From Bacteroidales bacterium (GTDB lineage: Bacteria > Bacteroidota > Bacteroidia > Bacteroidales > JAOZQN01): a stretch of 35,471 nucleotides of DNA. Position numbers and translations under genes: made by a program. The DNA is taken from the NCBI GenBank assembly GCA_029938985.1, contig JAOZTW010000001.1:1-35471 (forward strand), written 5' to 3'. Under the pieces are notes generated by a model. That model had not been told where the DNA came from. It saw nothing but the letters and a program-made list of their open reading frames with translations, and ran no database searches. The number at the start of each line of letters is the position of its first letter. Position 1 is the first letter of the stretch. Positions 24,318 through 33,433 of the stretch are shown here, in pieces.

Positions 24318-24980
24318 TTAATCAATTTTAAAAAATCTTAAACCAAGATTAAAGGAAAACACACTGTGTCTTGCCGAAATTGGACTATCGCCACCATAAA
24401 TATTTGAAATAGCTGCATCGTATCTAAAGTCAAGACTTACAATCCTGTATCGCATACCTATCCCAAAAACAGCTCCTAACTCAAATAGTTTTGATGATTG
24501 TTCATAATTATTGTTTATTCTTTTTATTGGCATGCCCATATTTTCTGAATACATTGAGCGTGATGTATCAAGTAAAAGCGAGACTGAGGCTCCCCAGTCT
24601 GTATAGAAATTAAATTTTTTATTTCCAAATTTAATTCTATAAATAATTGGTACATTTAAGTAGCTCATTTTTTCGTTTACTTCGTAGTAGCCAGATTCTA
24701 AGCCAGGTATAGAATCTCTTAAGAAAGCACCTTTCTGTGTATAATTTACTTCAAAAACAAAAGATGTGTATGGAGTGTATTGGTATTCCATAAACAATCC
24801 GCTGTTGAATCTAAGCATTGGACTTGCGGTTGGTAGAATTTCTTCACCAACCAGCGAACATATATTTGCTCCTCCTCTAATTCCAAAATATTGAGCTTTG
24901 ATAGAGGACGAAAATACTAATATTAATAAAACACCTATTATTTTGAATGTTAATTGTTTATCGTCTTTTTTTTCTGGCAT
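24318..24980 (-). CDS. Porin-family outer-membrane beta-barrel protein (OMP_b-brl_2/PorT-like)
   Basis: The signal peptide is 'IIGVLLILVFSSSIKAQ'. 'YFGIRGGANI' opens the first strand and 'FSFNLGLRFF' closes the barrel. It is a paralog of the next two genes. Confidence 0.75.
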   Translation of the reverse strand: MPEKKDDKQLTFKIIGVLLILVFSSSIKAQYFGIRGGANICSLVGEEILPTASPMLRFNSGLFMEYQYTPYTSFVFEVNYTQKGAFLRDSIPGLESGYYEVNEKMSYLNVPIIYRIKFGNKKFNFYTDWGASVSLLLDTSRSMYSENMGMPIKRINNNYEQSSKLFELGAVFGIGMRYRIVSLDFRYDAAISNIYGGDSPISARHSVFSFNLGLRFFKID

Positions 24981-25668
24981 ATCTTTTTTCTTTATTAAAT
25001 AGAATTAATCCAATATTGAGTGTAAAAAATCTGTTTTTCATTATGTCTACCGAATCTTCTGGATTGTTTTCGATAGGGAAAAAACCAAATTTGTAAGAGA
25101 GATTTATGAAAAAATCGTATTTATATGTAATTGCTGACTGATAGCCTATTCCAAACACTGCACCAACATCATACATCCGTAAATCGTGAGTAAAACTTTT
25201 ATAAATTCCTGTAGTTCTACTAACTGAGTCTAAATAATGATAGTCTTGTTGCCATATTGAGTTTGCATTTATTGCTATCTCGCCATAGCCACCAATTTGT
25301 GTGAACAAATCACCCCATTGTTGTTTCCAAATTACTGGGAACATTATATAATCAACATTATTTTTAATTTTATAATCTACTCGTCTAATAATATCATTGT
25401 ATTCAAGTTTTTTTACGCCTCCTTGTTGTGAGTAAAAACAGCCAAACTCAATATAGCTGTGGTATTCAATAAAAACATCTAAAAACAAACCGCCAAACAT
25501 ACTTGTGCGAAATATATTACGACTATTATTTTCGTTGTCGCCGTTTAATTGGCTTAAATTACCACCAATTGTGTATCCAAAGTGAGTTTTTAATTGGCTA
25601 TACGAATTTAATGAAACCAAAATTAGAAATACAAATAAAGTGTGTTTTAATATTTTTGGCTTATTCAT
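24958..25668 (-). CDS. Porin-family outer-membrane beta-barrel protein (OMP_b-brl_2-like)
   Basis: The signal peptide is 'LFVFLILVSLNSYSQ'. 'MFPVIWKQQWG', 'YDVGAVFGIGYQ' and the terminal strand 'FFTLNIGLILF' are shared with the 25949 paralog. Confidence 0.75.
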   Translation of the reverse strand: MNKPKILKHTLFVFLILVSLNSYSQLKTHFGYTIGGNLSQLNGDNENNSRNIFRTSMFGGLFLDVFIEYHSYIEFGCFYSQQGGVKKLEYNDIIRRVDYKIKNNVDYIMFPVIWKQQWGDLFTQIGGYGEIAINANSIWQQDYHYLDSVSRTTGIYKSFTHDLRMYDVGAVFGIGYQSAITYKYDFFINLSYKFGFFPIENNPEDSVDIMKNRFFTLNIGLILFNKEKRYARKKRR

Positions 25669-25673
25669 TTAAT

Positions 25674-25701
25674 TAGTGGTTAGTTGTTAGTGGTTAGTTG
25701 T
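25674..25701 (-). repeat. Tandem 14-bp repeat (two units, equal to four 7-bp TAGTKGT units) 5 nt upstream of the start codon
   Basis: 'tagtggttagttgt' occurs at 25674-25687 and again at 25688-25701. The minus strand reads ACAACTAACCACTA twice, then 'attaa', then ATG. Confidence 0.85.
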
Positions 25702-25920
25702 TCGTGATTTTTTTTCAAACTTATTATTTATGTAAATATGCTGTAAAACTTTGTTTTATTTTATAGCTGATAAGTGGGGGAAAACTTTTTACCAGAATAT
25801 TATAATACTGATTAATAGGGTTTTAATGGAAATCAAATAAATTGTTCTTTTGTTTGAAAATCAGATAGTTAATTATTACAAAAAAGTTTTCTAGACTTTT
25901 CAGTTTATAAAAAATTATAT

Positions 25921-25948
25921 TTTAAGGTGAAAACCAATTCCTAATTGA
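25921..25948 (-). repeat. Conserved 3'-flank motif, copy 3
   Basis: The minus strand after the TAA stop reads 'tcaattaggaattggttttcaccttaaa'. Confidence 0.7.
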
Positions 25949-26770
25949 TTACCTATATCTTACTGTTTTTCCTTTTTTTCCGTAAAAAATTATTCCTGTA
26001 CTAATAGAAAAGTAGCTGTTTCTCATTATTTCTTCTGGGCGATACGCAACATCAATTGGTTTTAAACCAACATGAAAAGAAAAATCTATAAAAAAATCGT
26101 ATTCACGTTTTATCGGAATTTGATATCCAAAACCAATATTTAAACCTATGTCGTAAAAAAAAGGAATGTTGAGAGTGTCAGCTTTTGCTTTATCTCCAAA
26201 AATACCCGTCATAAAGTCTTTTGAAAATGGCATTTCTTTATAATGCTCTTCAAACATACCAGCTTTGTAATTTACTGTATCTCTTATAACTTTTGTGGGT
26301 TGCTCATAAATCATTTTTGTTATAGAATCATTGCGAAGTCCTATTTGTCCATAAACTCCAAGCCGAGTGTAGAACGAACCCCAATCTTGTTTCCAAACAA
26401 GTGGTATTGTGAGGTAATTTACCCTTCTTTTATATTTTTCTGTTATCTTTACAGTACCAACGTTAGATATTGTTGTATCTGGTTTTCCAAAATATGAATT
26501 TTTATATATAACACCTTGTTGTGAATATATTAGACCTGTTTGAAGTGTTGTCTTTCTGAAAAATTTTGCTTTATTTATTTGCTGTATCTTAATATCAAAA
26601 GTAATTCCTCCATTCAAACCTACCTTTCTAACTTTTTGAGAGTATCCAAAATCTGAACCACTTAATGTTGAGTAGTTTGTTCCGGCCGTTAGACCAACGT
26701 AGGTTTGTGAATTGGCTAAAGTTATTGTTAAAATTATTGAAATTAAATATAAGCTTATTTTTTTATACAT
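25949..26770 (-). CDS. Porin-family outer-membrane beta-barrel protein (OMP_b-brl_2-like)
   Basis: The signal peptide is 'LYLISIILTITLANSQ'. 'TIPLVWKQDWG', 'YDIGLNIGFGYQ' and the terminal strand 'YFSISTGIIFY' match the paralogs. Confidence 0.75.
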   Translation of the reverse strand: MYKKISLYLISIILTITLANSQTYVGLTAGTNYSTLSGSDFGYSQKVRKVGLNGGITFDIKIQQINKAKFFRKTTLQTGLIYSQQGVIYKNSYFGKPDTTISNVGTVKITEKYKRRVNYLTIPLVWKQDWGSFYTRLGVYGQIGLRNDSITKMIYEQPTKVIRDTVNYKAGMFEEHYKEMPFSKDFMTGIFGDKAKADTLNIPFFYDIGLNIGFGYQIPIKREYDFFIDFSFHVGLKPIDVAYRPEEIMRNSYFSISTGIIFYGKKGKTVRYR

Positions 26771-27072
26771 TGTTTTATGATATTTAAAAATTATTTACTG
26801 TTTTTTATAGATAAACGAAATATATACAATTTTAGTTTATAATAATTTAATGAAAATTTTTTTATGAACAGTAAAATAGTATGCTATGAGTTTGTAATAG
26901 TTATTAAGGTTTTTGAAAAATTACAAAATACATTAACAATAAGTCTGTTACGATTAAATTTCGTATCTTAAAGACAAAAATGTTGATAATAAATTTGAAA
27001 TTTATTTTTTAATAGTTAGTTTAACAAAATAAATTTTTTTCAAAATTAATTTATTTATTCAAATGAAAAAAA

Positions 27073-27080
27073 TATTTTTG
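27073..27080 (+). promoter_or_regulatory. TAnnTTTG -7 box candidate for the GNAT/flippase/dut transcription unit
   Basis: 'TATTTTTG' lies 17 nt upstream of the ATG at 27097. Confidence 0.35.
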
Positions 27081-27096
27081 CATTTTAATTCTCTAA

Positions 27097-27531
27097 ATGA
27101 TAATTATGCTTATAACTATACAATCTTTTAATCACAAACACGAGCTTTTTAAAAAAGCCATGGAGATTAGATTTACTGTTTTTGTAGAAGAACAAAATGT
27201 TGATAAAAATATAGAATATGATGGGTTAGATTTTGAGGCAGTCCATTTTATTGTAATTATTGATGACACACCTGTTGCTACTTTGAGATACAGAGAAACT
27301 GAAGAGGGGGTAAAAATTGAACGAATGTCGGTTCTTAAAGAACATAGAAGATTGGCGTATGGGCATTTATTGTTAAAACATGTTCTTGCTGGGTTGGTTT
27401 TATCAAAACATAAAATATATTTGAATGCTCAAGAATCGGCGGTAAACTTTTATAAAACAATGAATTTCAGTATTGTTGGCGACGAATTTTATGATGCTAA
27501 TATTAAACATTTTAAGATGATTTATAAATGA
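27097..27531 (+). CDS. GNAT-family N-acetyltransferase (ElaA/YjcF-like)
   Basis: 'IRFTVFVEEQNV....EYDGLD' and 'RMSVLKEHRRLAYGHLLLKHVL' (motif A) fit the family. An ATGA overlap links it to the next gene. Confidence 0.8.
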   Translation: MIIMLITIQSFNHKHELFKKAMEIRFTVFVEEQNVDKNIEYDGLDFEAVHFIVIIDDTPVATLRYRETEEGVKIERMSVLKEHRRLAYGHLLLKHVLAGLVLSKHKIYLNAQESAVNFYKTMNFSIVGDEFYDANIKHFKMIYK

Positions 27532-29027
27532 ATCCACTAAAAAAACTTGCTGGACAAACAGCAGTATATGGATTGAGTAGTATTGTAGGGCGTTTTTTAA
27601 ATTATTTATTAGTTCCGCTTTATACATATAATTTTGCAACTCACGAATATGGTATTGTTACAGAGCTATTTGCTTATGTTGTAGTATTACAAATACTACT
27701 AACTTATGGAATGGAAACTGGTTTTTTTAGGTTTTCTCAAAAAGACTATTCAAAAGACACAGTATTTTCTACAGCAATAACCTCATTGTTTTTTACAACA
27801 CTTTTGTTTCTTGTGGTTGGCATAGTTTTCTCAAAAAATATAGCAACAGTAATAGATTATCAACAACATGTAGAATATATAATTTATTTTGTATTAATTC
27901 TTAGTCTTGATGTGCTTACAGCCTTGCCTTTTGCTCGTTTGCGTTTGCAAAACAAGGCGAAAAAATTTGCTATTTTAAAAATTATTAATATTTCTGTAAA
28001 TATTGGTTTAAATTTATTTTTTATAGTTTTTTGTCCAATGGTTATTGAAAACAACCCAAATTCTATATTAAATAATGTTTATAATCCAGAAATTGGTGTT
28101 GGTTATATTTTTATTTCAAATCTTGTAGCAAGCTCCGTAGTTTTTATATTATTTTTACCAAGTTATTTTAAAGTAAAATATAATTTTGATAAAAAATTAT
28201 TAAAATCAATGCTTATTTATTCATTACCATTATTGCTAACAGGATTAGCTGGAGCTGTTAATGAGGTGTTTGACAGGATTTTACTAAAATATTGGTTGCT
28301 TGTTCCAGAAGGAATTGAAAATGGTGGTGAGTATGTTATGAAGCAAATAGGAATTTATGGAGCTAATGCAAAAATAGCTGTTTTAATGATAATGTTTGTA
28401 CAAGCATTTAGGTACGCAGCCGAACCTTTTTTCTTTTCCTTTGATAAAAAAAAGAATTCTAATACAGTTTTTGCTGATATAATGAAATATTTTATTATCA
28501 TTGCATTATTAATGTTTCTTGGAGTGATGTTTTATTTGGATATTGTAAAATATTTTATTCATAAGGATTATTTTGAAGGATTAAAAGTTATATTACCATT
28601 ATTTTTAAGTAGAATATTTGTTGGAATTTTCTTTATTTTATCTTTTTGGTACAAACTAAAAGATATTACTAGATATGGAATTGTAATAGTTATCACAGGT
28701 TCAATTACAACCATTGTGCTAAATTATTTTTTAATTCCTAAATACGGATATATTGGAGCTGCATGGACTAATTTTTCAACTTATCTTGTTATGATAATAA
28801 TATCGTTTATTTGGAGTAGAAAATATATGCCAATAAAATATGATTTTAAACGAATTTTTGCTTACTTTGCATTAGCATTACTTTTATATTTTGTTTCAAT
28901 TCAGTTTGAATACAATAATATCGCTATTAAATTGCTTGTAAACACAGGGTTGCTTTCAATTTATGTAGTAATAGTGGCATATTTTGAAAATATTTTTCAA
29001 TTAATAAAAAAGAAATTTAAAAAATAA
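27528..29027 (+). CDS. Polysaccharide biosynthesis protein, an oligosaccharide flippase of the MOP/Wzx-like superfamily
   Basis: It is a protein of about 14 TM segments with N-terminus 'LAGQTAVYGLSSIVGRFLNYLLVPLYT'. Pairing of this gene with dut is conserved in Bacteroidota. Confidence 0.8.
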   Translation: MNPLKKLAGQTAVYGLSSIVGRFLNYLLVPLYTYNFATHEYGIVTELFAYVVVLQILLTYGMETGFFRFSQKDYSKDTVFSTAITSLFFTTLLFLVVGIVFSKNIATVIDYQQHVEYIIYFVLILSLDVLTALPFARLRLQNKAKKFAILKIINISVNIGLNLFFIVFCPMVIENNPNSILNNVYNPEIGVGYIFISNLVASSVVFILFLPSYFKVKYNFDKKLLKSMLIYSLPLLLTGLAGAVNEVFDRILLKYWLLVPEGIENGGEYVMKQIGIYGANAKIAVLMIMFVQAFRYAAEPFFFSFDKKKNSNTVFADIMKYFIIIALLMFLGVMFYLDIVKYFIHKDYFEGLKVILPLFLSRIFVGIFFILSFWYKLKDITRYGIVIVITGSITTIVLNYFLIPKYGYIGAAWTNFSTYLVMIIISFIWSRKYMPIKYDFKRIFAYFALALLLYFVSIQFEYNNIAIKLLVNTGLLSIYVVIVAYFENIFQLIKKKFKK

Positions 29028-29033
29028 GTTTTT

Positions 29034-29465
29034 ATGACAATAAAAATAATAAATAAATCCAAAAATACTCTTCCTGCTTATAGTACAGAATACTCTGCGG
29101 GAATGGATTTAAGAGCAAATTTAGATAAAATAGTTATTATAGAACCATTGGAACGAGAACTTATTCCTACAGGTTTGTTTATTGAACTACCACAAGGATA
29201 TGAAGCACAAATACGTCCCAGAAGTGGATTGGCTATAAAAAATGGAATAACTCTGCTTAACGCACCAGGAACAATTGATGCAGATTACAGAGGCGAGATT
29301 AAGGTTATATTAATAAATTTGTCGAACACCAATTTTGAAGTAAAAAATGGCGAAAGAATTTGTCAAATGGTGATTGCAAAACACGAAAAAGTAGATTGGC
29401 AACAAGTAACAATTTTAGAAGAGTCGGGTAGGGGAGAGGGTGGTTTTGGACACACAGGAAAATAA
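29034..29465 (+). CDS. dut: dUTP diphosphatase
   Basis: 'AGMDLRA', 'RPRSGLA', '[11 protein letters not shown]', 'GERICQMV' and '[10 protein letters not shown]' are the five dUTPase motifs. Confidence 0.95.
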   Translation: MTIKIINKSKNTLPAYSTEYSAGMDLRANLDKIVIIEPLERELIPTGLFIELPQGYEAQIRPRSGLAIKNGITLLNAPGTIDADYRGEIKVILINLSNTNFEVKNGERICQMVIAKHEKVDWQQVTILEESGRGEGGFGHTGK

Positions 29466-29502
29466 ATTTAAGAATTATAAATTAATAACTAAAATAATAA
29501 TT

Positions 29503-30477
29503 ATGAGCAAAGTAAATCCTAAAATAGATTTGGTTTTTAAGAAACTGTTTGGAACAAAAAAAAATATCCAATTATTAAAATCTTTGGCAAATTCTATTTT
29601 GCCAGCCGATGAACAAGTTGTAGATTTGGTTCTGAAAAATCCATATAATCCCTCCGATTATTTGAGTGGTAAAATTACATATCTTGATATAAAAGCTACA
29701 GATGAGAAAGGTCGTTGGTATGATATTGAAATTCAGTTAGCTCCTTACGATTTTTTTGGAATGCGAGTATTATACTATTGGGCAAAACTATTTGGTTCGC
29801 AACTACAAAGTGGTAAGACCTACGACAATTTACGAAAAACAATTGTAATAAGTTTAATCAATTTTAATTATTTTAAAGACCCTAAAAAAAAGAAACGGTT
29901 TTACAGACGAATAGGTTTGTGCGACTTGGATACCAAAATAGTATATCAACAAACAGATGGTTTGGAATTGATATTTATTGAACTGAGAAAATTTAAAAAA
30001 GAATTATCAGAAATTCATACCACAATGGAGCTTTGGCTAACATTTCTCAATAAAGCATCAGGATATTCTAAAGAAAGTTTGCCAAAAGAATTGTCGGAAA
30101 ATGAGGCTATAAAAAAAGCTATGGATGAGCTTGAAATAATGTATTTTAACAGTAAAGAACAACAGCATTATGAAGCACAAGAAAAAAAGTTTTTAGACGA
30201 GCTTTCATATAAAAAACAAGCCGAAAGAAAACAAGCCGAAGCTGAAAGAAAACAAGCAGAAGCCGAAAAAAAACAAGCCGAACAAGAAAAAGAACAAAAA
30301 AAGAATTTAAAAAAAGCGGAAAAGAAAGGAATGGAAAAAGGAATGGAAAAAGGAATGGAAAAAGGAATGGAAAAAGGAATGGAAAAAGTTGCAAAACAAA
30401 TGAAATTTGAAAATGAACCAATTGATAAAATTATAAAATTTACTGGTTTAACAGAAGCCCAAATTAATTTGTTGTAA
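29503..30477 (+). CDS. Rpn-family recombination-promoting nuclease, also annotated as a putative transposase (PD-(D/E)xK, PDDEXK_2/YhgA-like)
   Basis: The family signature N-terminus 'NPKIDLVFKKLFG' is present, as is the nuclease core 'YLDIKATDEKGRWYDIEIQ'. The C-terminal 'ITGLTEAQINLL' is also typical. I moved the start to the ATG at 29503, 37 nt after the dut stop. Confidence 0.8.
   Translation: MSKVNPKIDLVFKKLFGTKKNIQLLKSLANSILPADEQVVDLVLKNPYNPSDYLSGKITYLDIKATDEKGRWYDIEIQLAPYDFFGMRVLYYWAKLFGSQLQSGKTYDNLRKTIVISLINFNYFKDPKKKKRFYRRIGLCDLDTKIVYQQTDGLELIFIELRKFKKELSEIHTTMELWLTFLNKASGYSKESLPKELSENEAIKKAMDELEIMYFNSKEQQHYEAQEKKFLDELSYKKQAERKQAEAERKQAEAEKKQAEQEKEQKKNLKKAEKKGMEKGMEKGMEKGMEKGMEKVAKQMKFENEPIDKIIKFTGLTEAQINLL
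30325..30384 (+). repeat. Perfect 12-bp tandem repeat, five units, coding (KGME)5
   Basis: 'aaaggaatggaa' repeats five times from 30325. An imperfect 'aaacaagccgaa'-type repeat at about 30210-30290 encodes KQAEAE-type repeats. Confidence 0.9.
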
Positions 30478-30519
30478 ATTTATTAAATAAAGAATCAAAA
30501 TATAATAAACTTCAAACAC

Positions 30520-31521
30520 ATGAAACTAATTATACCAATGGCAGGTATGGGAACACGCCTACGTCCTCATACACTTACAACACCAAAACCATTATTACCA
30601 ATTGCAGGAAAATCAATAGTACAGAGACTAATAGAAGAAGTTAGCTCGGTTTTGAATTCCAAAATTGAAGAAATAGCCTTTATTATTGGAGATTTCTCCG
30701 AAGAAGTGAAGCAAAATTTGAGTGAAATAGCTACAAATTATGGAGCAATTCCAAAATTTTATACACAAGATGTGCCTCTTGGAACTGCACATGCTATATA
30801 TTGTGCAAAAAATTCTTTAGAAAATGAAGTTATTATTGCTTTTGCTGACACACTATTTAAAGCTGATTTTAAACTTGATACAGAAATAGATTCTATTATT
30901 TGGACAAAAGAGGTAGAAAATCCAAACCAATATGGGGTTGTAAAATTAAACAACAAAGGTTATATTACAGATTTTGTTGAAAAACCAAAAAAATTTGTTT
31001 CAAATCAGGCAATTGTTGGGATTTATTATTTTAAAGAAGCCGAAAAGCTTAGAGACGAAATAAAGTTTTTGATAGATAATAAAATTGTTGTTGGAACTGA
31101 ATATCAATTGACAACTGCCTTAGAAAATTTAAAAAATAAAAATTTTAAATTTAAAACTCAAACTCTTACTGAATGGTTAGATTGTGGAAATAAGGATATT
31201 ACTGTAAACACAAATCAAAGGATTTTACACCACTTGCCAAAAAATGAACTGATAGATCGCTCTGCAAAAATTACTAATTCTGTTATAAATGAGCCTTGTT
31301 TTATAGGCGAAAATGTTGTAATTGAAAACTCGATAGTTGGACCTTATGTTTCTGTTGAAAAAAATAATATTGTGAAAAATTCAAATATCAAAAATTCAAT
31401 TATTCAAGAAAATTCACATATTGAAAATCAAATTTTTTCAAACTCAATGATTGGAAACTTTGTGCAGATGATATCAAAAGTTCCAGATTTAAGTATTGGA
31501 GATTATACAAAAATTATTTAA
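30520..31521 (+). CDS. Sugar-1-phosphate nucleotidyltransferase with a C-terminal hexapeptide (LbH) region
   Basis: The NTP_transferase signature 'IIPMAGMGTRLRPHTLTTPKPLLPIAGK' and 'GTAHA' are present. The C-terminus has imperfect hexapeptide repeats ('IGENVVIENSIVGPYVSVEKNNIV'). Confidence 0.8.
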   Translation: MKLIIPMAGMGTRLRPHTLTTPKPLLPIAGKSIVQRLIEEVSSVLNSKIEEIAFIIGDFSEEVKQNLSEIATNYGAIPKFYTQDVPLGTAHAIYCAKNSLENEVIIAFADTLFKADFKLDTEIDSIIWTKEVENPNQYGVVKLNNKGYITDFVEKPKKFVSNQAIVGIYYFKEAEKLRDEIKFLIDNKIVVGTEYQLTTALENLKNKNFKFKTQTLTEWLDCGNKDITVNTNQRILHHLPKNELIDRSAKITNSVINEPCFIGENVVIENSIVGPYVSVEKNNIVKNSNIKNSIIQENSHIENQIFSNSMIGNFVQMISKVPDLSIGDYTKII

Positions 31522-33223
31522 AAAAATAGAAAAAGTGTTAAAATATTTATACATATTATTATTTATAGTAGTAGTTTTTTTTGGTTCGTGCAAAATAACA
31601 AAGCCGACAAATAAAAACCTTAATGTAAAGAACTTTAGTAACGAAAAACTAAAATTGCACCTATCGGAGGCTTTAAGAGAAATGTTGTATGAAAACTACG
31701 AGGAAGCTACCATACACTTAAACAAATGTTTAGAGTATGATGATAAAAATTCGGCTGTTTTTTATAAATTTTCAGAACTTTTTTCCAAAAATGGAGACTA
31801 TAACATAGCAATAAATTATATGCAAAAAGCCGAAGAATATAGCCCCAATAATATGCACTATAAGTATAGCCTTGCAAAATTATATGTGAAAAATTATCAA
31901 GTAGAAGAAGCAATTCCACTACTTGAGGAGGTAATATTGGTTACTAAAGGCTACGTTCCTTTTTACGAACTTGCACATTATTATAAATATTTAAACAAAT
32001 ATCCAGAAGCAATTAATACTTATAACAAACTTCAAGAAAAAGAAGGTGTTACAATATTTAATTCAAATCAAAAACTTGCAGTTTATAAGTCATATAAAAA
32101 TGAAGAAGAATATATAAAAGAACTTGTTTTTTTAGTAGATTATTTTCCTTATTCGCTTGAATATAATGTGGAATTATTTGATTATTATATAACTAATAAT
32201 ATGATAGATAAAGCTAATATAATATTTGAATCAATTAAGGAAAAACGAATGGAGACAGGGGAAATATATTTGTCTTTTGCTAAATTTTATAAAGAAAAAA
32301 ATAATTATGATAGCACTTATTATTGTCTAAAACCTGCTTTTAGGAGCGAAATAAGTGTAAACAGTAAGCTGTCAGCTTTTAATGATGAAGAGTTTTATAG
32401 TAGCAAAAATTATATTAATTCGGAAGTTGATACACTTTATAATTTATTGATAAACAGTAATCCAGATAATTATGAAACTTATTTGCAATATTCAAAATAT
32501 CTAACTAAAAATCATAAACTATACCATGCAACTAATGTTTTGGAACTATATAAGGTTGAGGATTATAATTTTCAGTTAAATGAAATGTTGATATTTTTGT
32601 ATATAGCAACAGAAAAGACTGAAAAATTAGACTCATTAACAACTTTATTGACTGATTTATATCCAAATATGTCTGATTTTTTTCTTTATGCAGGTATTTC
32701 TAAAATTCTATTACAAGACTATGAAAAATCGGAAAAGTTGTTACTTACAGGTTTAGATTTAATTTATAATCAAGAGGATTTATCTTCCCAATTCAATTTT
32801 TATCTTTCATATTTATATTTTGTTAAAAATGATGAACAAAAATTTGAAGAACATTATAAAATAGCAATTCAAAAAGCAAATCAATATTTTTATTTGCAAA
32901 ATGAATATTCACTATTTTTTTTAAAAAAAGATATTCATTCAGATAAAGCAAATGTTTTGATAAATACTTGTGTGACGGCTATGCCTGATAAAAATGATTA
33001 TCAATATACGCTGATATTTTATTATTATAAAATCAAAGATTATGAATTGGCATTGTATAAAATAAAGGAGTTGATTGAAAAATCGGAGATAAAAATTCCA
33101 AAATACTATGAATTATATGGTGATATATTATATGCTCAAAACAAAACCAAAGAAGCAAAAATGCAATGGAAAATTGCCTTTGAATTAGATAAATATAATT
33201 ATAATTTAAAAGAAAAAATATAA
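31496..33223 (+). CDS. Tetratricopeptide-repeat lipoprotein
   Basis: The lipobox-like segment is 'VVFFGSC'. Multiple TPR-like 34-aa units follow (for example 'AINYMQKAEEYSPNNMHYKYSLAKLY'). An alternative GTG start at 31535 would remove the 26-nt overlap. Confidence 0.7.
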   Translation: MEIIQKLFKKIEKVLKYLYILLFIVVVFFGSCKITKPTNKNLNVKNFSNEKLKLHLSEALREMLYENYEEATIHLNKCLEYDDKNSAVFYKFSELFSKNGDYNIAINYMQKAEEYSPNNMHYKYSLAKLYVKNYQVEEAIPLLEEVILVTKGYVPFYELAHYYKYLNKYPEAINTYNKLQEKEGVTIFNSNQKLAVYKSYKNEEEYIKELVFLVDYFPYSLEYNVELFDYYITNNMIDKANIIFESIKEKRMETGEIYLSFAKFYKEKNNYDSTYYCLKPAFRSEISVNSKLSAFNDEEFYSSKNYINSEVDTLYNLLINSNPDNYETYLQYSKYLTKNHKLYHATNVLELYKVEDYNFQLNEMLIFLYIATEKTEKLDSLTTLLTDLYPNMSDFFLYAGISKILLQDYEKSEKLLLTGLDLIYNQEDLSSQFNFYLSYLYFVKNDEQKFEEHYKIAIQKANQYFYLQNEYSLFFLKKDIHSDKANVLINTCVTAMPDKNDYQYTLIFYYYKIKDYELALYKIKELIEKSEIKIPKYYELYGDILYAQNKTKEAKMQWKIAFELDKYNYNLKEKI

Positions 33224-33235
33224 TTTTTGTTATAC

Positions 33236-33402
33236 AAAAAGACTTTCCAACGTCCCTTATTTTTTGCCATAAGGCAAAAAATAGTGGACTTGGAAACGTC
33301 TGAATATCATGACAAGTACTAATTTGAAGTTTTCTACAACAATAAAGGTTATTACACACAAAAATCATAACTTTCAGTACTTAAGTCTTAATACATTAGT
33401 AC
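33236..33402 (+). repeat. Dispersed repeat family R1, copy b
   Basis: It aligns with the reverse complement of 11563..11757 and, over its right half, with 24125..24216. The palindrome core is 33241..33300. Confidence 0.8.
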
Positions 33403-33433
33403 TTTTTTTAATTTATAAAAACCAATATTGAAA

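Noticed and set aside
29440-29502. N-terminal extension of the Rpn-family ORF that overlaps dut
   Set aside because: The family signature starts right after the ATG at 29503 ('MSKVNPKIDLVFKKLFG'). The extension overlaps the dut C-terminus.
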